Origin: Spirochaetia bacterium
GTDB taxonomy: Bacteria; Spirochaetota; Spirochaetia; UBA9216
NCBI GenBank assembly: GCA_965140585.1
Contig: OZ223269.1
Location: 64,001-128,000 of the forward strand
Direction: 5' to 3'
DNA length: 64,000 nucleotides
A program made the position numbers and the translations under genes. The notes beneath the pieces were generated by a model, which made no database searches, was not told where the DNA came from, and saw only the letters and a program-made list of their open reading frames with translations. Positions 50,623 to 59,920 of this stretch are shown piece after piece; within the stretch, counting starts at the first letter, position 1, and every line of letters starts with the position of its first letter.

Positions 50623-51276
50623 TTACAGCCACTCGACCTTTCCGGTAACCGGTTTTCCCTTAACTTTATCAAGTTCCTGTTTTGAATAACCAATCATACA
50701 GCCGTGAAAACCGTAGCGTCCCGTCGGAAGATCAAAGAGGCTGCAGAACTGATCGTTATTCATCATACTTTCAATCGGTGATACAAGACAGAAACCAAGC
50801 TCAAGTGCAGTTGCTTTAAGCCACATATTCTGCATAACATGGGCAAGACTCTGTCTTTCAGCCCTTCTTGCACCGGCCCATTCGGCGGCAACAACCAGAT
50901 AGGGTACCTCAGTGAATCCGGGAATCCCTTTTTCTGCAACCATCGACCACAGGCCTTTAAGAATTTTGCTGTGATCCCGGATAAACTGGTCTGATTCAAT
51001 TTCTTTATTCAGGCCTTTCAGATCTTCAAGAGACTGTTCCCTAATCAGTCTGTCAATCTCAGGAAGCTTTCCGCTTTCCCTGGGTACAACGAAGAAATGT
51101 CTGAAAACATCAATATCATCTGCAGAAACAGAGGCAAATGGAGCTTTCATACCGGCTTCTACAACGGCCTCAATCTTTTCTTTCGGCGGTATGTCTTCTT
51201 TGAATGCTCTGATTGAATGTCGAGTGGAAATTATATTATCGAGTGAATTATTATCTTCCTGTGTAAATATGCTCAT
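50623..51276 (-). CDS. nitroreductase family protein
   Basis: RHSIRAF, QNMWLKATALELG. Confidence 0.85.
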   Translation of the reverse strand: MSIFTQEDNNSLDNIISTRHSIRAFKEDIPPKEKIEAVVEAGMKAPFASVSADDIDVFRHFFVVPRESGKLPEIDRLIREQSLEDLKGLNKEIESDQFIRDHSKILKGLWSMVAEKGIPGFTEVPYLVVAAEWAGARRAERQSLAHVMQNMWLKATALELGFCLVSPIESMMNNDQFCSLFDLPTGRYGFHGCMIGYSKQELDKVKGKPVTGKVEWL

Positions 51277-51416
51277 ATTTAACCTTCCTTTTTAGTGTTC
51301 CATTAAATTATTCCTATATTACTTAAATAATCAACATTTAATGATGTCCGGATTTTATTTTTAGCAAAAAGATCCCAAGTATTTAATAAAATCATTTTAA
51401 AGCATATATTTAAGCT

Positions 51417-51815
51417 ATGACTGAACAAATAAATTATTCGCTTTCAAAATTTAATCGTTTTATTCCGATTCCGTATCTGCTTTTCTGTCTATATTTTGTC
51501 TTCCGTTTTTTTAATTCATTTGAAGTTTTAGATATCATTATTGCAGTTATATTTCTTCTGCTCACAATAATGTTCTACATCAGGACGAAGCTGATGCAGA
51601 ATAATCCATTTCTAATTCTGGAACCCGGGATTTTAAAAATCTTTTCACTGTTGAGCCGAGAGTACAGTATACTGGAGACAGCTGATATTAAGGCGTTTAC
51701 AACTCCTGATGAGAGTATAAGAATTGACTGCAAGGGTAAAAGATACAGGGTTCGGGAGATTCAGATTGGTCCGGAAGGTTATGAGAAACTTGAAAAGCAT
51801 ATAATTAATAACTGA
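51417..51815 (+). CDS. small membrane protein (2 TM + soluble domain)
   Basis: Hydrophobic N-terminus; AT-rich ORF filling the gap. Confidence 0.55.
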   Translation: MTEQINYSLSKFNRFIPIPYLLFCLYFVFRFFNSFEVLDIIIAVIFLLLTIMFYIRTKLMQNNPFLILEPGILKIFSLLSREYSILETADIKAFTTPDESIRIDCKGKRYRVREIQIGPEGYEKLEKHIINN

Positions 51816-51849
51816 TATTTGCAGCCTGAGTAAAAAAGAGGAGAAAAAT

Positions 51850-52440
51850 ATGAGGAAGGTTGGTATCTAGTACGCATTCTGGGCTGATGCCTGGGAAGCC
51901 GATTTTCTGCCCTATATAGCCAGAGTTAAAAAGCTGGGGTTTGATCAACTTGAGATTCAGGCTGCTGCGGTTTCCTCAATGGATGGAAAAATGATCAGCG
52001 GTACCGTTCACAGTTACTGGCCGGCCGTATTTCCTGAAGGCCTGGATGATAAGCGGCCTGTCCTCGAGCAAAGCCTGAAAAGTATGCGTGAGCTTGTTAA
52101 ACCGGCGGAGGATCACGGTATCATCCTTAATGTCGAAGTAATCAACAGGTTTGAGCAGTTTGTGCTGAACACTAGCGCTGAAGCTGTTTCTTACGTTGAA
52201 GAGATAAATAGTCCCAGCTGCAGGATCCTCCTTGATACCTTTTACATGAATATAGAGGAAGATTCCCTTGAGGATGCAATTAAACTTGCCGGACCTCTTG
52301 TGATGGAACCATTTGTAAGGCCGGGCGGAAAAGTCGGCCGTGATATTGCCGTATGGCGTGATCTGATGCCTGGAGCCGATCTTGATAGCGAGGCGGCAAA
52401 AGCAGTAGAATTTGTTAAAAAACAGCTGGTAAACGGCTAA
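51850..52440 (+). pseudogene. D-psicose/D-tagatose 3-epimerase family pseudogene
   Basis: GAGGAG SD, MRKVGI*YAFW (TAG 51868-70), VKKLGFD.LE, SYWP, EVINRFE, LDTFYMNIEE, MEPF, VWRDL; two large in-frame gaps. Confidence 0.85.
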
Positions 52441-52466
52441 TATATTTATAACTTTATTCTTAGGAG

Positions 52467-52883
52467 ATGTTTATGGGTATTGCAGAAAACCTTACCGGGT
52501 TTCAGCATCTTGGATTGCCGGTGTCTGATATTGAGAAATCAATTGAATTTTATTCGAGCATCGGTTTTAAGATTCTCAGCAGATTTGAGCTTCAGGAAGA
52601 CGGAGGAACGACATATGTGGCTTTTATTGATATCAGCGGGTTCTGTATTGAACTTTATCAGCCTGCTGCCGGGGTTGACAGTGGCAGGGGAATAACCGGT
52701 CCGATAGATCATCTGGCTCTTAATGTAAAGGATATTAACGCTGCCTTTTCTGATGTCAAGGCTATGGGTTATATCCCGTTGAGCGATGCTCCAATCACCC
52801 TTCCGCTTCAGGCTGATGGAGTAAGCTACTTTGTAATCGCAGGACCTGATGGTGAAAAAGTAGAGTTTAACCAGATTCTATAA
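52467..52883 (+). CDS. VOC family protein
   Basis: QHLGLPV.D, IELY, IDHLAL, GPDGEKVEF. Confidence 0.85.
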   Translation: MFMGIAENLTGFQHLGLPVSDIEKSIEFYSSIGFKILSRFELQEDGGTTYVAFIDISGFCIELYQPAAGVDSGRGITGPIDHLALNVKDINAAFSDVKAMGYIPLSDAPITLPLQADGVSYFVIAGPDGEKVEFNQIL

Positions 52884-52894
52884 AACAGTTATAT

Positions 52895-52930
52895 AAAAAA
52901 ACACCGTTTAAAACTATGTTCCAAACGGTG
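52895..52930 (-). terminator. rho-independent terminator (hflKC side)
   Basis: CACCGTTTGGAAC-ata-GTTTTAAACGGTG then T run on the minus strand. Confidence 0.65.
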
Positions 52931-52933
52931 CCA

Positions 52934-52959
52934 GAACCCGGTTTGTGGCCGGGTTTTTT
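52934..52959 (+). terminator. rho-independent terminator (VOC side)
   Basis: AACCCGGTT-tgt-GGCCGGGTTTTTT. Confidence 0.6.
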
Positions 52960-53116
52960 ATATATAATATCCGGAGGGGTACTCCGGACAACGGCAACTA
53001 AATTACCGTGAACATGTAACTAAAGTCACATAAAGGAAGCCGGAAATAATCGAATATTCATTTATGAAGATTCGATTATTTCAAAAGGTCGTTAAAAAAC
53101 GGCCGCCGGTCGTTTA

Positions 53117-54085
53117 TTAACGACCTTCCTGATCATAAAGATAATTAAAATATTCCATATCGGTTGTCAGTGTTTTGTTAAATTTCGGTAAAACCTGACG
53201 ATATGATTCAACAGATTTCCAGAACTTATAGAACTCCGGATCTACTTTGTATGCCTCATTGTAAATTGCCGCAGCCTGAGCATCAGCCTGACCCTTTATT
53301 TCTTCGGACAGGGCATATGCTTCCGACAGAAGGCTTCGTTTTTCATTGTCGAGTTTACCAAGCCATTCAGCCTTCTGGCCTTCACCGTCAGAGCGGTATC
53401 TCTGAGCTACCTGATTTCTTTCCTTAATCATTCGGTTGTAAACACTTGTAGTAAGGTCATCAGAGTAGCGGATCTGCCTGATTATAATGTCTTTAAGCTC
53501 AATACCGTACTGGGGAACAATTCCCTTGGCTGCAGAGTACATTGCATCAGAAAGCTCTTCACGGCCTTTTTCGATTTCAGAAAATTTATCCTCATCATAT
53601 TCAGCTGTGATATCAGTATCTTCGGTGTCTGTTTCTGTATCGGCAAATACTCTTTCATTTATGCTGTTTGTATTTCTAACTGCTTCACGAAGGAAGTTTT
53701 CGGCAATAACTGTTCTTACAGAGGAGTCGATAACATCATCCATACGGGCGTAAGCCTGCTCAAGTGTTGTTACTGATTCATAGAACTTGGCCGGATCAAC
53801 AATATTCCATCTTGCTGTAGCATCTACCCAGATAAACTGGTTTTCTGCGGTTGGAATTCTCTGTGCATCGCCGTCCCATGAAAGAAGTTTCTTCGGATAT
53901 TTTGTTACAGTATCAACAAAGGGCATTTTGAACTTGAGTCCAGCCTCTGTGTCTGAACTGATGATTCGCCCGAATCTTGTGACCACAGACTGCTGTCCCT
54001 CATAAAGAACATAAAATGGTCCTGCTGCAAACACAATGATCAGAATTACTGCAATAATTATAAGGTTACGAATAAGTTTATTCAT
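53117..54085 (-). CDS. hflC: FtsH protease modulator HflC
   Basis: SPFH domain, VYNRMIKER, RSDGEG, DPEFYKFWKS. Confidence 0.93.
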   Translation of the reverse strand: MNKLIRNLIIIAVILIIVFAAGPFYVLYEGQQSVVTRFGRIISSDTEAGLKFKMPFVDTVTKYPKKLLSWDGDAQRIPTAENQFIWVDATARWNIVDPAKFYESVTTLEQAYARMDDVIDSSVRTVIAENFLREAVRNTNSINERVFADTETDTEDTDITAEYDEDKFSEIEKGREELSDAMYSAAKGIVPQYGIELKDIIIRQIRYSDDLTTSVYNRMIKERNQVAQRYRSDGEGQKAEWLGKLDNEKRSLLSEAYALSEEIKGQADAQAAAIYNEAYKVDPEFYKFWKSVESYRQVLPKFNKTLTTDMEYFNYLYDQEGR

Positions 54086-55059
54086 TATTGTGCACCTCCG
54101 TTAAGAGATTTGAGCGGGAGAAAGTTTTCAAGATTCTTGTCAACAATATCCGTTCCGGTATCTGCACCGAATACATCTTCAATCATTTCTATATAAAGTC
54201 TTGAACGCGTAACTTCCTTGTTTTTCCGGTATTCCTCAAGAACCGAGTTAAATCTGGCAACGTCACCGCGGGCTTCATTAACCCTTTCTTTGGCGTAACC
54301 TTCAGCCACCTGAATCATCTGGGCAGCTTCACCCTTGGTTTTGGGGATTTCCTTGTTGTAAGCTTCTTTACCTTCGTTAATGAGCTTTTCCATATCCTGG
54401 ATGGCCATGTTAACATCTTCAAAAGCATCCTGAACTTCACCTACCGGCGGTACAATATTCTTAAGCTGTACAGTTGTTACCGATATTCCAAGTTTGTAAG
54501 TGTCGAATATCTCATTCATTCTTTCCTGAGCCTGAAGTGAAATTGCAGTACGTTCAGAACCCATTACGTCAAGTATGGCTCTGTCTCCCACAAGCATGTT
54601 GATGACAGACTGTGAAATATCACGGATGGTTTTCTCACGGTTCTCAACCTGAAAAAGCCATTCCCGCGGATCCACAATCCTGTACTGGATTACCCATTCC
54701 ACATCAACAATATTAAGATCTCCAGTAAGCATTACCGATTCTTCCGGGTAGTCACCCTTTGCATAAACAGTTTCAATGCCGGCTCTCTCGGTCCGGAAGC
54801 CAAACGACATGTTCTGTATAACCTGTGTCTGTATATTGAAGTTCTGTTCTATTCCAAACGGGGCTTTGAAATGCAATCCCGGACCTGTTATCCGGTTGAA
54901 TTTTCCAAAAAGCAGAATGACAGACTGCTCTGTCTGGTCCACCATATAAAAGCTGGTCAGTAAACCTGCAAGGACTATTACGGCAACAATTATTACCGCA
55001 ACAATCTTCGGCCTGAACGAAAAATTTTTCGCACCAGGGCTGACGTTCTTTTCAGACAT
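54085..55059 (-). CDS. hflK: FtsH protease modulator HflK
   Basis: PGLHFK, MLTGDLNIV, VQDAFEDV, TRSRLYIE. Confidence 0.93.
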   Translation of the reverse strand: MSEKNVSPGAKNFSFRPKIVAVIIVAVIVLAGLLTSFYMVDQTEQSVILLFGKFNRITGPGLHFKAPFGIEQNFNIQTQVIQNMSFGFRTERAGIETVYAKGDYPEESVMLTGDLNIVDVEWVIQYRIVDPREWLFQVENREKTIRDISQSVINMLVGDRAILDVMGSERTAISLQAQERMNEIFDTYKLGISVTTVQLKNIVPPVGEVQDAFEDVNMAIQDMEKLINEGKEAYNKEIPKTKGEAAQMIQVAEGYAKERVNEARGDVARFNSVLEEYRKNKEVTRSRLYIEMIEDVFGADTGTDIVDKNLENFLPLKSLNGGAQ

Positions 55060-55088
55060 GATTCCTCCTGAATTTTTCCATTACTTAG

Positions 55089-55117
55089 AGGTTACTTATG
55101 ATTAGAGACCTAGTCAA
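55089..55117 (-). promoter_or_regulatory. hflKC promoter
   Basis: TTGACT-17-TAACCT. Confidence 0.55.
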
Positions 55118-55266
55118 GGAAATAAACTCCGCGACAGAAGTCTAAACATGCAACCATACTGAATATTACAGACTGGAGAGGTAAATATTCAGGCAAGAAT
55201 TTCAAAATATCTGAATCCGGTTGAAATTTGATAAAGAAATCCGGGAACTAGTTCTTCACTGATTCG

Positions 55267-55295
55267 TTGACCAATCTACTATATAAGGCTAAAAT
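55267..55295 (+). promoter_or_regulatory. metG promoter, probably leaderless
   Basis: TTGACC-17-TAAAAT, 6 nt before ATG 55302, no SD. Confidence 0.7.
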
Positions 55296-55301
55296 GCGTC
55301 C

Positions 55302-57521
55302 ATGAAGAAGAGACTAATTACCTCAGCATTACCCTACGTAAATAATATCCCTCATCTGGGAAATCTTATACAGGTGCTATCCGCCGACGTTTTTGCACGT
55401 TTCTGCCGTCTGCGCGGCTATGAAACCATGTATGTCTGCGGAACCGACGAATATGGTACAGCAACCGAAACCAAGGCACTTGAAGAAGGTGTTTCACCAA
55501 AGGAACTCTGCGATCGCTATCATGCTATTCATACTGAAATTTATGAATGGTTCAACATAGACTTCAACAAGTGGGGCAGGACATCCACTCCGGAGCAGAC
55601 CGAGATTGTTCAGCACATATTTCTGAAGCTTGATGAGGCCGGATATATTCTCGAAAAGACCGATACACAGCTTTTCTGCGACAGCTGCGACCGCTACCTT
55701 GCCGACCGCTATGTACGCGGCACCTGCCCGCACTGCGGTTATGAGGATGCCCGTGGCGACCAGTGTGAAAACTGCGGTAAGCTGCTTGACCCGGCCGAAC
55801 TTATAGAACCCCGCTGCGGAACCTGCGGAGCACATCCGCATGAGCAGGATACTAACCATCTCTACATAGATCTTCCAAAGATTCTGCCCCTGCTCGAATC
55901 ATGGATGGAGGAAACTTCAGTAAAAGGCCGGTGGGCGCATAATGCCGTCCAGATGACCAAAAGCTGGATCCGCGACGGACTGCATGAGCGCTGCATTACC
56001 CGTGACCTTAAGTGGGGAATTCCAGTTCCCAAGGCAGGCTACGAAGACAAGGTTTTCTATGTATGGTTTGACGCGCCGATTGGCTACGTTTCAATCACAG
56101 CAACCCTTACAGACGACTGGAAAAGCTGGTGGATGAATCCCGAAGAAGTAGAGCTTTTTCAGTTCATCGGAAAAGACAATATTCCCTTTCATACAGTAAT
56201 TTTTCCATCCTCACTTCTGGGATCAGGTGAAAAATGGACAATGCTTCATCACATGTCATCTTCCGAGTACCTTAATTACGAAAATGGAAAGTTTTCAAAG
56301 AGCAAGGGTACAGGTGTATTCGGTACCGATGCAAAGGAAACAGGAATTGCAGCCGATGTATGGCGTTTTTATGTTTACTACAACCGTCCCGAGAAATCGG
56401 ACGTTCAGTTTACATGGAAGGACTTTCAGGAGAAGGTTAATTCCGAGCTTATCGGAAACCTCGGTAACCTAATCAACAGGACCCTGACCTTCCTCAATAA
56501 ATCATTTGACGGTGTTGTTCCGGCAGCTTCTGCCGATAGCGTATTTACAGCTGAGGCAAAGAAGCGGATCGCTGAAATAACCGAGCTGCTTGAATGGGCG
56601 GAACTCAGAGATGCATTTAGAAAGATTTTTGAACTTGCAGATATGGGTAACAAAGCTTTTCAGGCAGGCGAACCCTGGAAGGTTATCAAGGAAGACGAGG
56701 CCGCAGCTGCCGCACTTCTTGCTGAGCTTACTTACCTTGTGCGCGACCTGGCCATCCTTGTTGCACCCTACATTCCATCAACCTCTGAAAGTATCGCCGG
56801 ATTCCTTGGAAATCCGGATATGAGCTGGGACAGCCTTGGACGGCGTGATGATCTTAAACAGATCAGCAAGCCGAAGCTGCTGTTTAGAAAGCTTGAAGAT
56901 GATGAAATTGAAGCCTTCAGAACCCGGTTTGCCGGAAGCCAGAAGGAAAGAGCTGAACAGGAAGAGAAGGGAAAGGCGGTTGCAAAAGAGAGTGCTAAAC
57001 CTGCAGCTGATCTTCCTGCTGACCAGAGGTTTAGAGCCTCAGTAGATCTTAGAGTCGCAAAGATTACGGCAATCGACAGGCACCCTGAAGCAGATAAACT
57101 GTATATTGAAACAATTGATACCGGTGAAACCGAACCGAGACAGATAGTGTCAGGACTTGTTCCTCATTATAAGGAAGAAGAACTGCTTAATCGCAATATT
57201 ATCCTCGTATCGAATCTGAAGCCTGCAAAGCTGCGGGGGGTTAAGAGTGAGGGGATGCTTCTTGCCGCATCTGCAGCCGACGCTGACGGAAAAGAAACGG
57301 TAGAAGTTATATTTGCCGATGATGCTGAACCCGGAACCAGAATTGTCCTTGAAGGAGATGACGCCGGCAGTCTTCCTGAATGCGCCAGACTCAAGGTTGA
57401 TCAGTTCTTTGATATTCCGATCAGGACTGAGAATGGTGAGATTATGGTCGGTGATAAGAAACTGTCGACCGGAAGCAGGATTCTAACCACAGATGCAGTG
57501 AAAAACGGCGAGGTAGGCTGA
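55302..57521 (+). CDS. metG: methionine--tRNA ligase with C-terminal tRNA-binding domain
   Basis: HLGN, Zn knuckles, YVWFDAPIGY, KFSKS, HPEADKL, SEGML. Confidence 0.97.
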   Translation: MKKRLITSALPYVNNIPHLGNLIQVLSADVFARFCRLRGYETMYVCGTDEYGTATETKALEEGVSPKELCDRYHAIHTEIYEWFNIDFNKWGRTSTPEQTEIVQHIFLKLDEAGYILEKTDTQLFCDSCDRYLADRYVRGTCPHCGYEDARGDQCENCGKLLDPAELIEPRCGTCGAHPHEQDTNHLYIDLPKILPLLESWMEETSVKGRWAHNAVQMTKSWIRDGLHERCITRDLKWGIPVPKAGYEDKVFYVWFDAPIGYVSITATLTDDWKSWWMNPEEVELFQFIGKDNIPFHTVIFPSSLLGSGEKWTMLHHMSSSEYLNYENGKFSKSKGTGVFGTDAKETGIAADVWRFYVYYNRPEKSDVQFTWKDFQEKVNSELIGNLGNLINRTLTFLNKSFDGVVPAASADSVFTAEAKKRIAEITELLEWAELRDAFRKIFELADMGNKAFQAGEPWKVIKEDEAAAAALLAELTYLVRDLAILVAPYIPSTSESIAGFLGNPDMSWDSLGRRDDLKQISKPKLLFRKLEDDEIEAFRTRFAGSQKERAEQEEKGKAVAKESAKPAADLPADQRFRASVDLRVAKITAIDRHPEADKLYIETIDTGETEPRQIVSGLVPHYKEEELLNRNIILVSNLKPAKLRGVKSEGMLLAASAADADGKETVEVIFADDAEPGTRIVLEGDDAGSLPECARLKVDQFFDIPIRTENGEIMVGDKKLSTGSRILTTDAVKNGEVG

Positions 57522-57530
57522 TTTTATCAG

Positions 57531-58616
57531 ATGCCTGATATTAAACTGGAAAAAGTAAATTCAGATGATATAAACCGGCACGGAAATCTTCTGCAGACTG
57601 GTTTCTGGGGAGAGCTTAAATCCAGATTCGGATGGTCTTCCCTGTATTTTATAGCTGACGGCCGTCCGCTCCTGGTTCTCTGCAGAACCCTGGGTGCTGG
57701 CAGAAGTCTTGCTTATGTACCCGGCGGTCCGGATTTTCAGGTTTCGGCCGGTGCATCCCTTGATGAGTACTGGAATTACACAGCGGAGCTGGCGCGGACA
57801 CTGAAACCGTTGCTTCCTGCCGGCTGTATCTTTCTACGCTTTGATCCGCCGTGGGGGATAAGGCTTCCTTCTCTTGGTGATGGGGCAGGTGAATACCCGG
57901 GTGAGCAGCTTAAAGCTTCAGGAGTTTTCACTCATGCAAGTATGGATATTCAGCCTGTAAGTACTGTTATCCTGGATCTTAATGACGGTGCAGAGGCTGT
58001 GATGAAGGGGATGAAATCAAAAACCCGGTATAACATCAGGCTGGCTGCAAAGAAGGGCGTTGAAATCCGTACTTCCGGTATCGAAGCTCTTCCAAAATGG
58101 TATGAGATCTACAAGGTTACATCCGAGCGTGATAAGATCGCGCTGCACAACTACGAATACTACGAAACATTTTTTAATATGTCCGCAGAAGGCGCTGCTT
58201 CAGGACAGGCCCCGGAACTTCGGCTGCTTGAGGCAGTGATTGACGGCAGGGTCGAAGCCGGCATTGTTATCAGTTTTCAGGGTCCGCCTGAAGACCGGCG
58301 TGCAGTTTATTTGTACGGAGCATCTTCGAATGAAAAGCGGAACTACATGCCGGCATACGCCCTTCAGTGGGAGGCAATACAGCAGGCTGTAGCGGCAGGA
58401 TGCAGAAGCTATGATCTTTTCGGAATTCCTCCTGTAAATGATCCGAATCATCCAATGTACGGTCTGTACCGGTTTAAGACCGGCTTCGGCGGTGAAATCC
58501 TTCACAGGCCGGGAAGCTGGGATTATCCTTTCAGCAGAAGCCTGTATACAGCCTACCGTACCGCGGAAAAACTTCGAAACTTTTATTACAGACGTCTTAA
58601 AAAAATAGGCAGATAA
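57531..58616 (+). CDS. FemAB/FemX-family peptidoglycan aminoacyltransferase
   Basis: LQTGFWGELK, KTRYNIRLA.KKGV, YLYGAS, GLYRFKTGFGG. Confidence 0.9.
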   Translation: MPDIKLEKVNSDDINRHGNLLQTGFWGELKSRFGWSSLYFIADGRPLLVLCRTLGAGRSLAYVPGGPDFQVSAGASLDEYWNYTAELARTLKPLLPAGCIFLRFDPPWGIRLPSLGDGAGEYPGEQLKASGVFTHASMDIQPVSTVILDLNDGAEAVMKGMKSKTRYNIRLAAKKGVEIRTSGIEALPKWYEIYKVTSERDKIALHNYEYYETFFNMSAEGAASGQAPELRLLEAVIDGRVEAGIVISFQGPPEDRRAVYLYGASSNEKRNYMPAYALQWEAIQQAVAAGCRSYDLFGIPPVNDPNHPMYGLYRFKTGFGGEILHRPGSWDYPFSRSLYTAYRTAEKLRNFYYRRLKKIGR

Positions 58617-58617
58617 A

Positions 58618-59841
58618 ATGAAACTCAAAAAGACTGCAGTTCTGTTTCCAGCGGCATTTCTGATGAACGTGAATCTTTCCCTGATTAATTTCTCACTGAT
58701 TTTTCTGCTCAAAGATTCGCTTGGACTCAATGCATCGGTGATCGGCTGGTATTTCGCGGTCGGTTCTGCAGGTTATACTGCCGGCTGCATGCTGTTAACC
58801 CGCGTTCAGGATAAAATCAATCCTGCGCTTTCAATGCTCGGTTCTGTATTTCTGATGCTCGGTTCAATAGCAATGTTGATCCGCGTAGAGTCAGCCGCTG
58901 CGGCTTTGGTCCTGTATCTGGCTTTCGCAACAGCTCCGGCTTTTTTCTGGCCGCAGCTGATGGGCTGGTTTTCTACCGGACTTGATAACAGGAACCTTGG
59001 AAAGGCGGTCGCAAGGTTCAATATAAGCTGGTCAACAGGAGCCTTAACCGGACCGCTTGTAGGCGGTTTTGCAGTTGAGCATCAGCTTTCACTTGCTTTT
59101 TATATGGACCTTGTATTTCTGGGCTTAATTGCAGCCTCGGTTATTGCCGGGCTTGCTTTTATAGAGGATATGAAAGCCCCGGGCAAAAAGCGTATAGCTG
59201 CCGCGCCGGCTCCTGAGACTCATGAACCGCAGGCGGTTGAGCAGACAGAACCGGAAATAGAAAGAATTAATGACGGCAGGGGGACCATTCTGCGTTATGC
59301 CGGCTGGATAGGCGTTTTCTGTTCATATGCTGTACTCGGCCTATTCAATAATATCTTTCCCCTTTTTATTCGCGACAGTCTGGGGTATGGAGAGAGTGTT
59401 GCCGGAAATCTCCTTTTTATCAGGGGAGCCGTCACTGCCGCAGGTTTTATTCTGCTGGGAAAAACAGATAAATGGCATTTCAACAGTAAATTAATCATGC
59501 TGACACAGGTAGCAGTAGCTGCCGTAATGATTCTTCTTTTCGTAAACAGATTTATGGCGGGTTTTTATATACTTTTGTCGGTATTCGGTTTTCTTTTCTC
59601 ACTTGCATATTCAAACAGCATATTTCACGGTTCAGCAGGAGCCGACAATCGCGGTAAAAGAATGGCTCTTCATGAGAGTTTTCTTACCCTCGGAGTAATT
59701 GCAGGCTCTGTCGGGGGAGGCTACCTTTACCAGTATCATTCTATATATACCGCATTTATAAGCTTCATGGCTCTTGCCATAGTCGGGTTTGCCGTACAGG
59801 CTGTTATAGCCAGATATGCTGCTGTAAAAAATATCGGTTAA
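58618..59841 (+). CDS. MFS transporter
   Basis: About 12 TM in two halves; GPLVGG, GSVGGG. Confidence 0.85.
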   Translation: MKLKKTAVLFPAAFLMNVNLSLINFSLIFLLKDSLGLNASVIGWYFAVGSAGYTAGCMLLTRVQDKINPALSMLGSVFLMLGSIAMLIRVESAAAALVLYLAFATAPAFFWPQLMGWFSTGLDNRNLGKAVARFNISWSTGALTGPLVGGFAVEHQLSLAFYMDLVFLGLIAASVIAGLAFIEDMKAPGKKRIAAAPAPETHEPQAVEQTEPEIERINDGRGTILRYAGWIGVFCSYAVLGLFNNIFPLFIRDSLGYGESVAGNLLFIRGAVTAAGFILLGKTDKWHFNSKLIMLTQVAVAAVMILLFVNRFMAGFYILLSVFGFLFSLAYSNSIFHGSAGADNRGKRMALHESFLTLGVIAGSVGGGYLYQYHSIYTAFISFMALAIVGFAVQAVIARYAAVKNIG

Positions 59842-59920
59842 AGCCCGATTGTTCTGAACTTTTTGACTATTCCGATTATTTTTACTGCCTGAACGCTGAT
59901 TAATATGATAAAGTTCCTGC

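Noticed and set aside
51868-51870. Pyrrolysine or stop read-through at TAG
   Set aside because: The position corresponds to a Tyr in homologues, and the gene has also lost catalytic segments; decay is simpler.
52895-53126. SRP RNA, tmRNA or 6S RNA
   Set aside because: It lacks the SRP CAGG...GGAAGCAG domain, tmRNA termini and the single long 6S rod; kept as an unassigned structured region.
55060-55301. T-box or SAM riboswitch ahead of metG
   Set aside because: No T-box or S-box consensus seen, and the promoter sits directly against the ATG.
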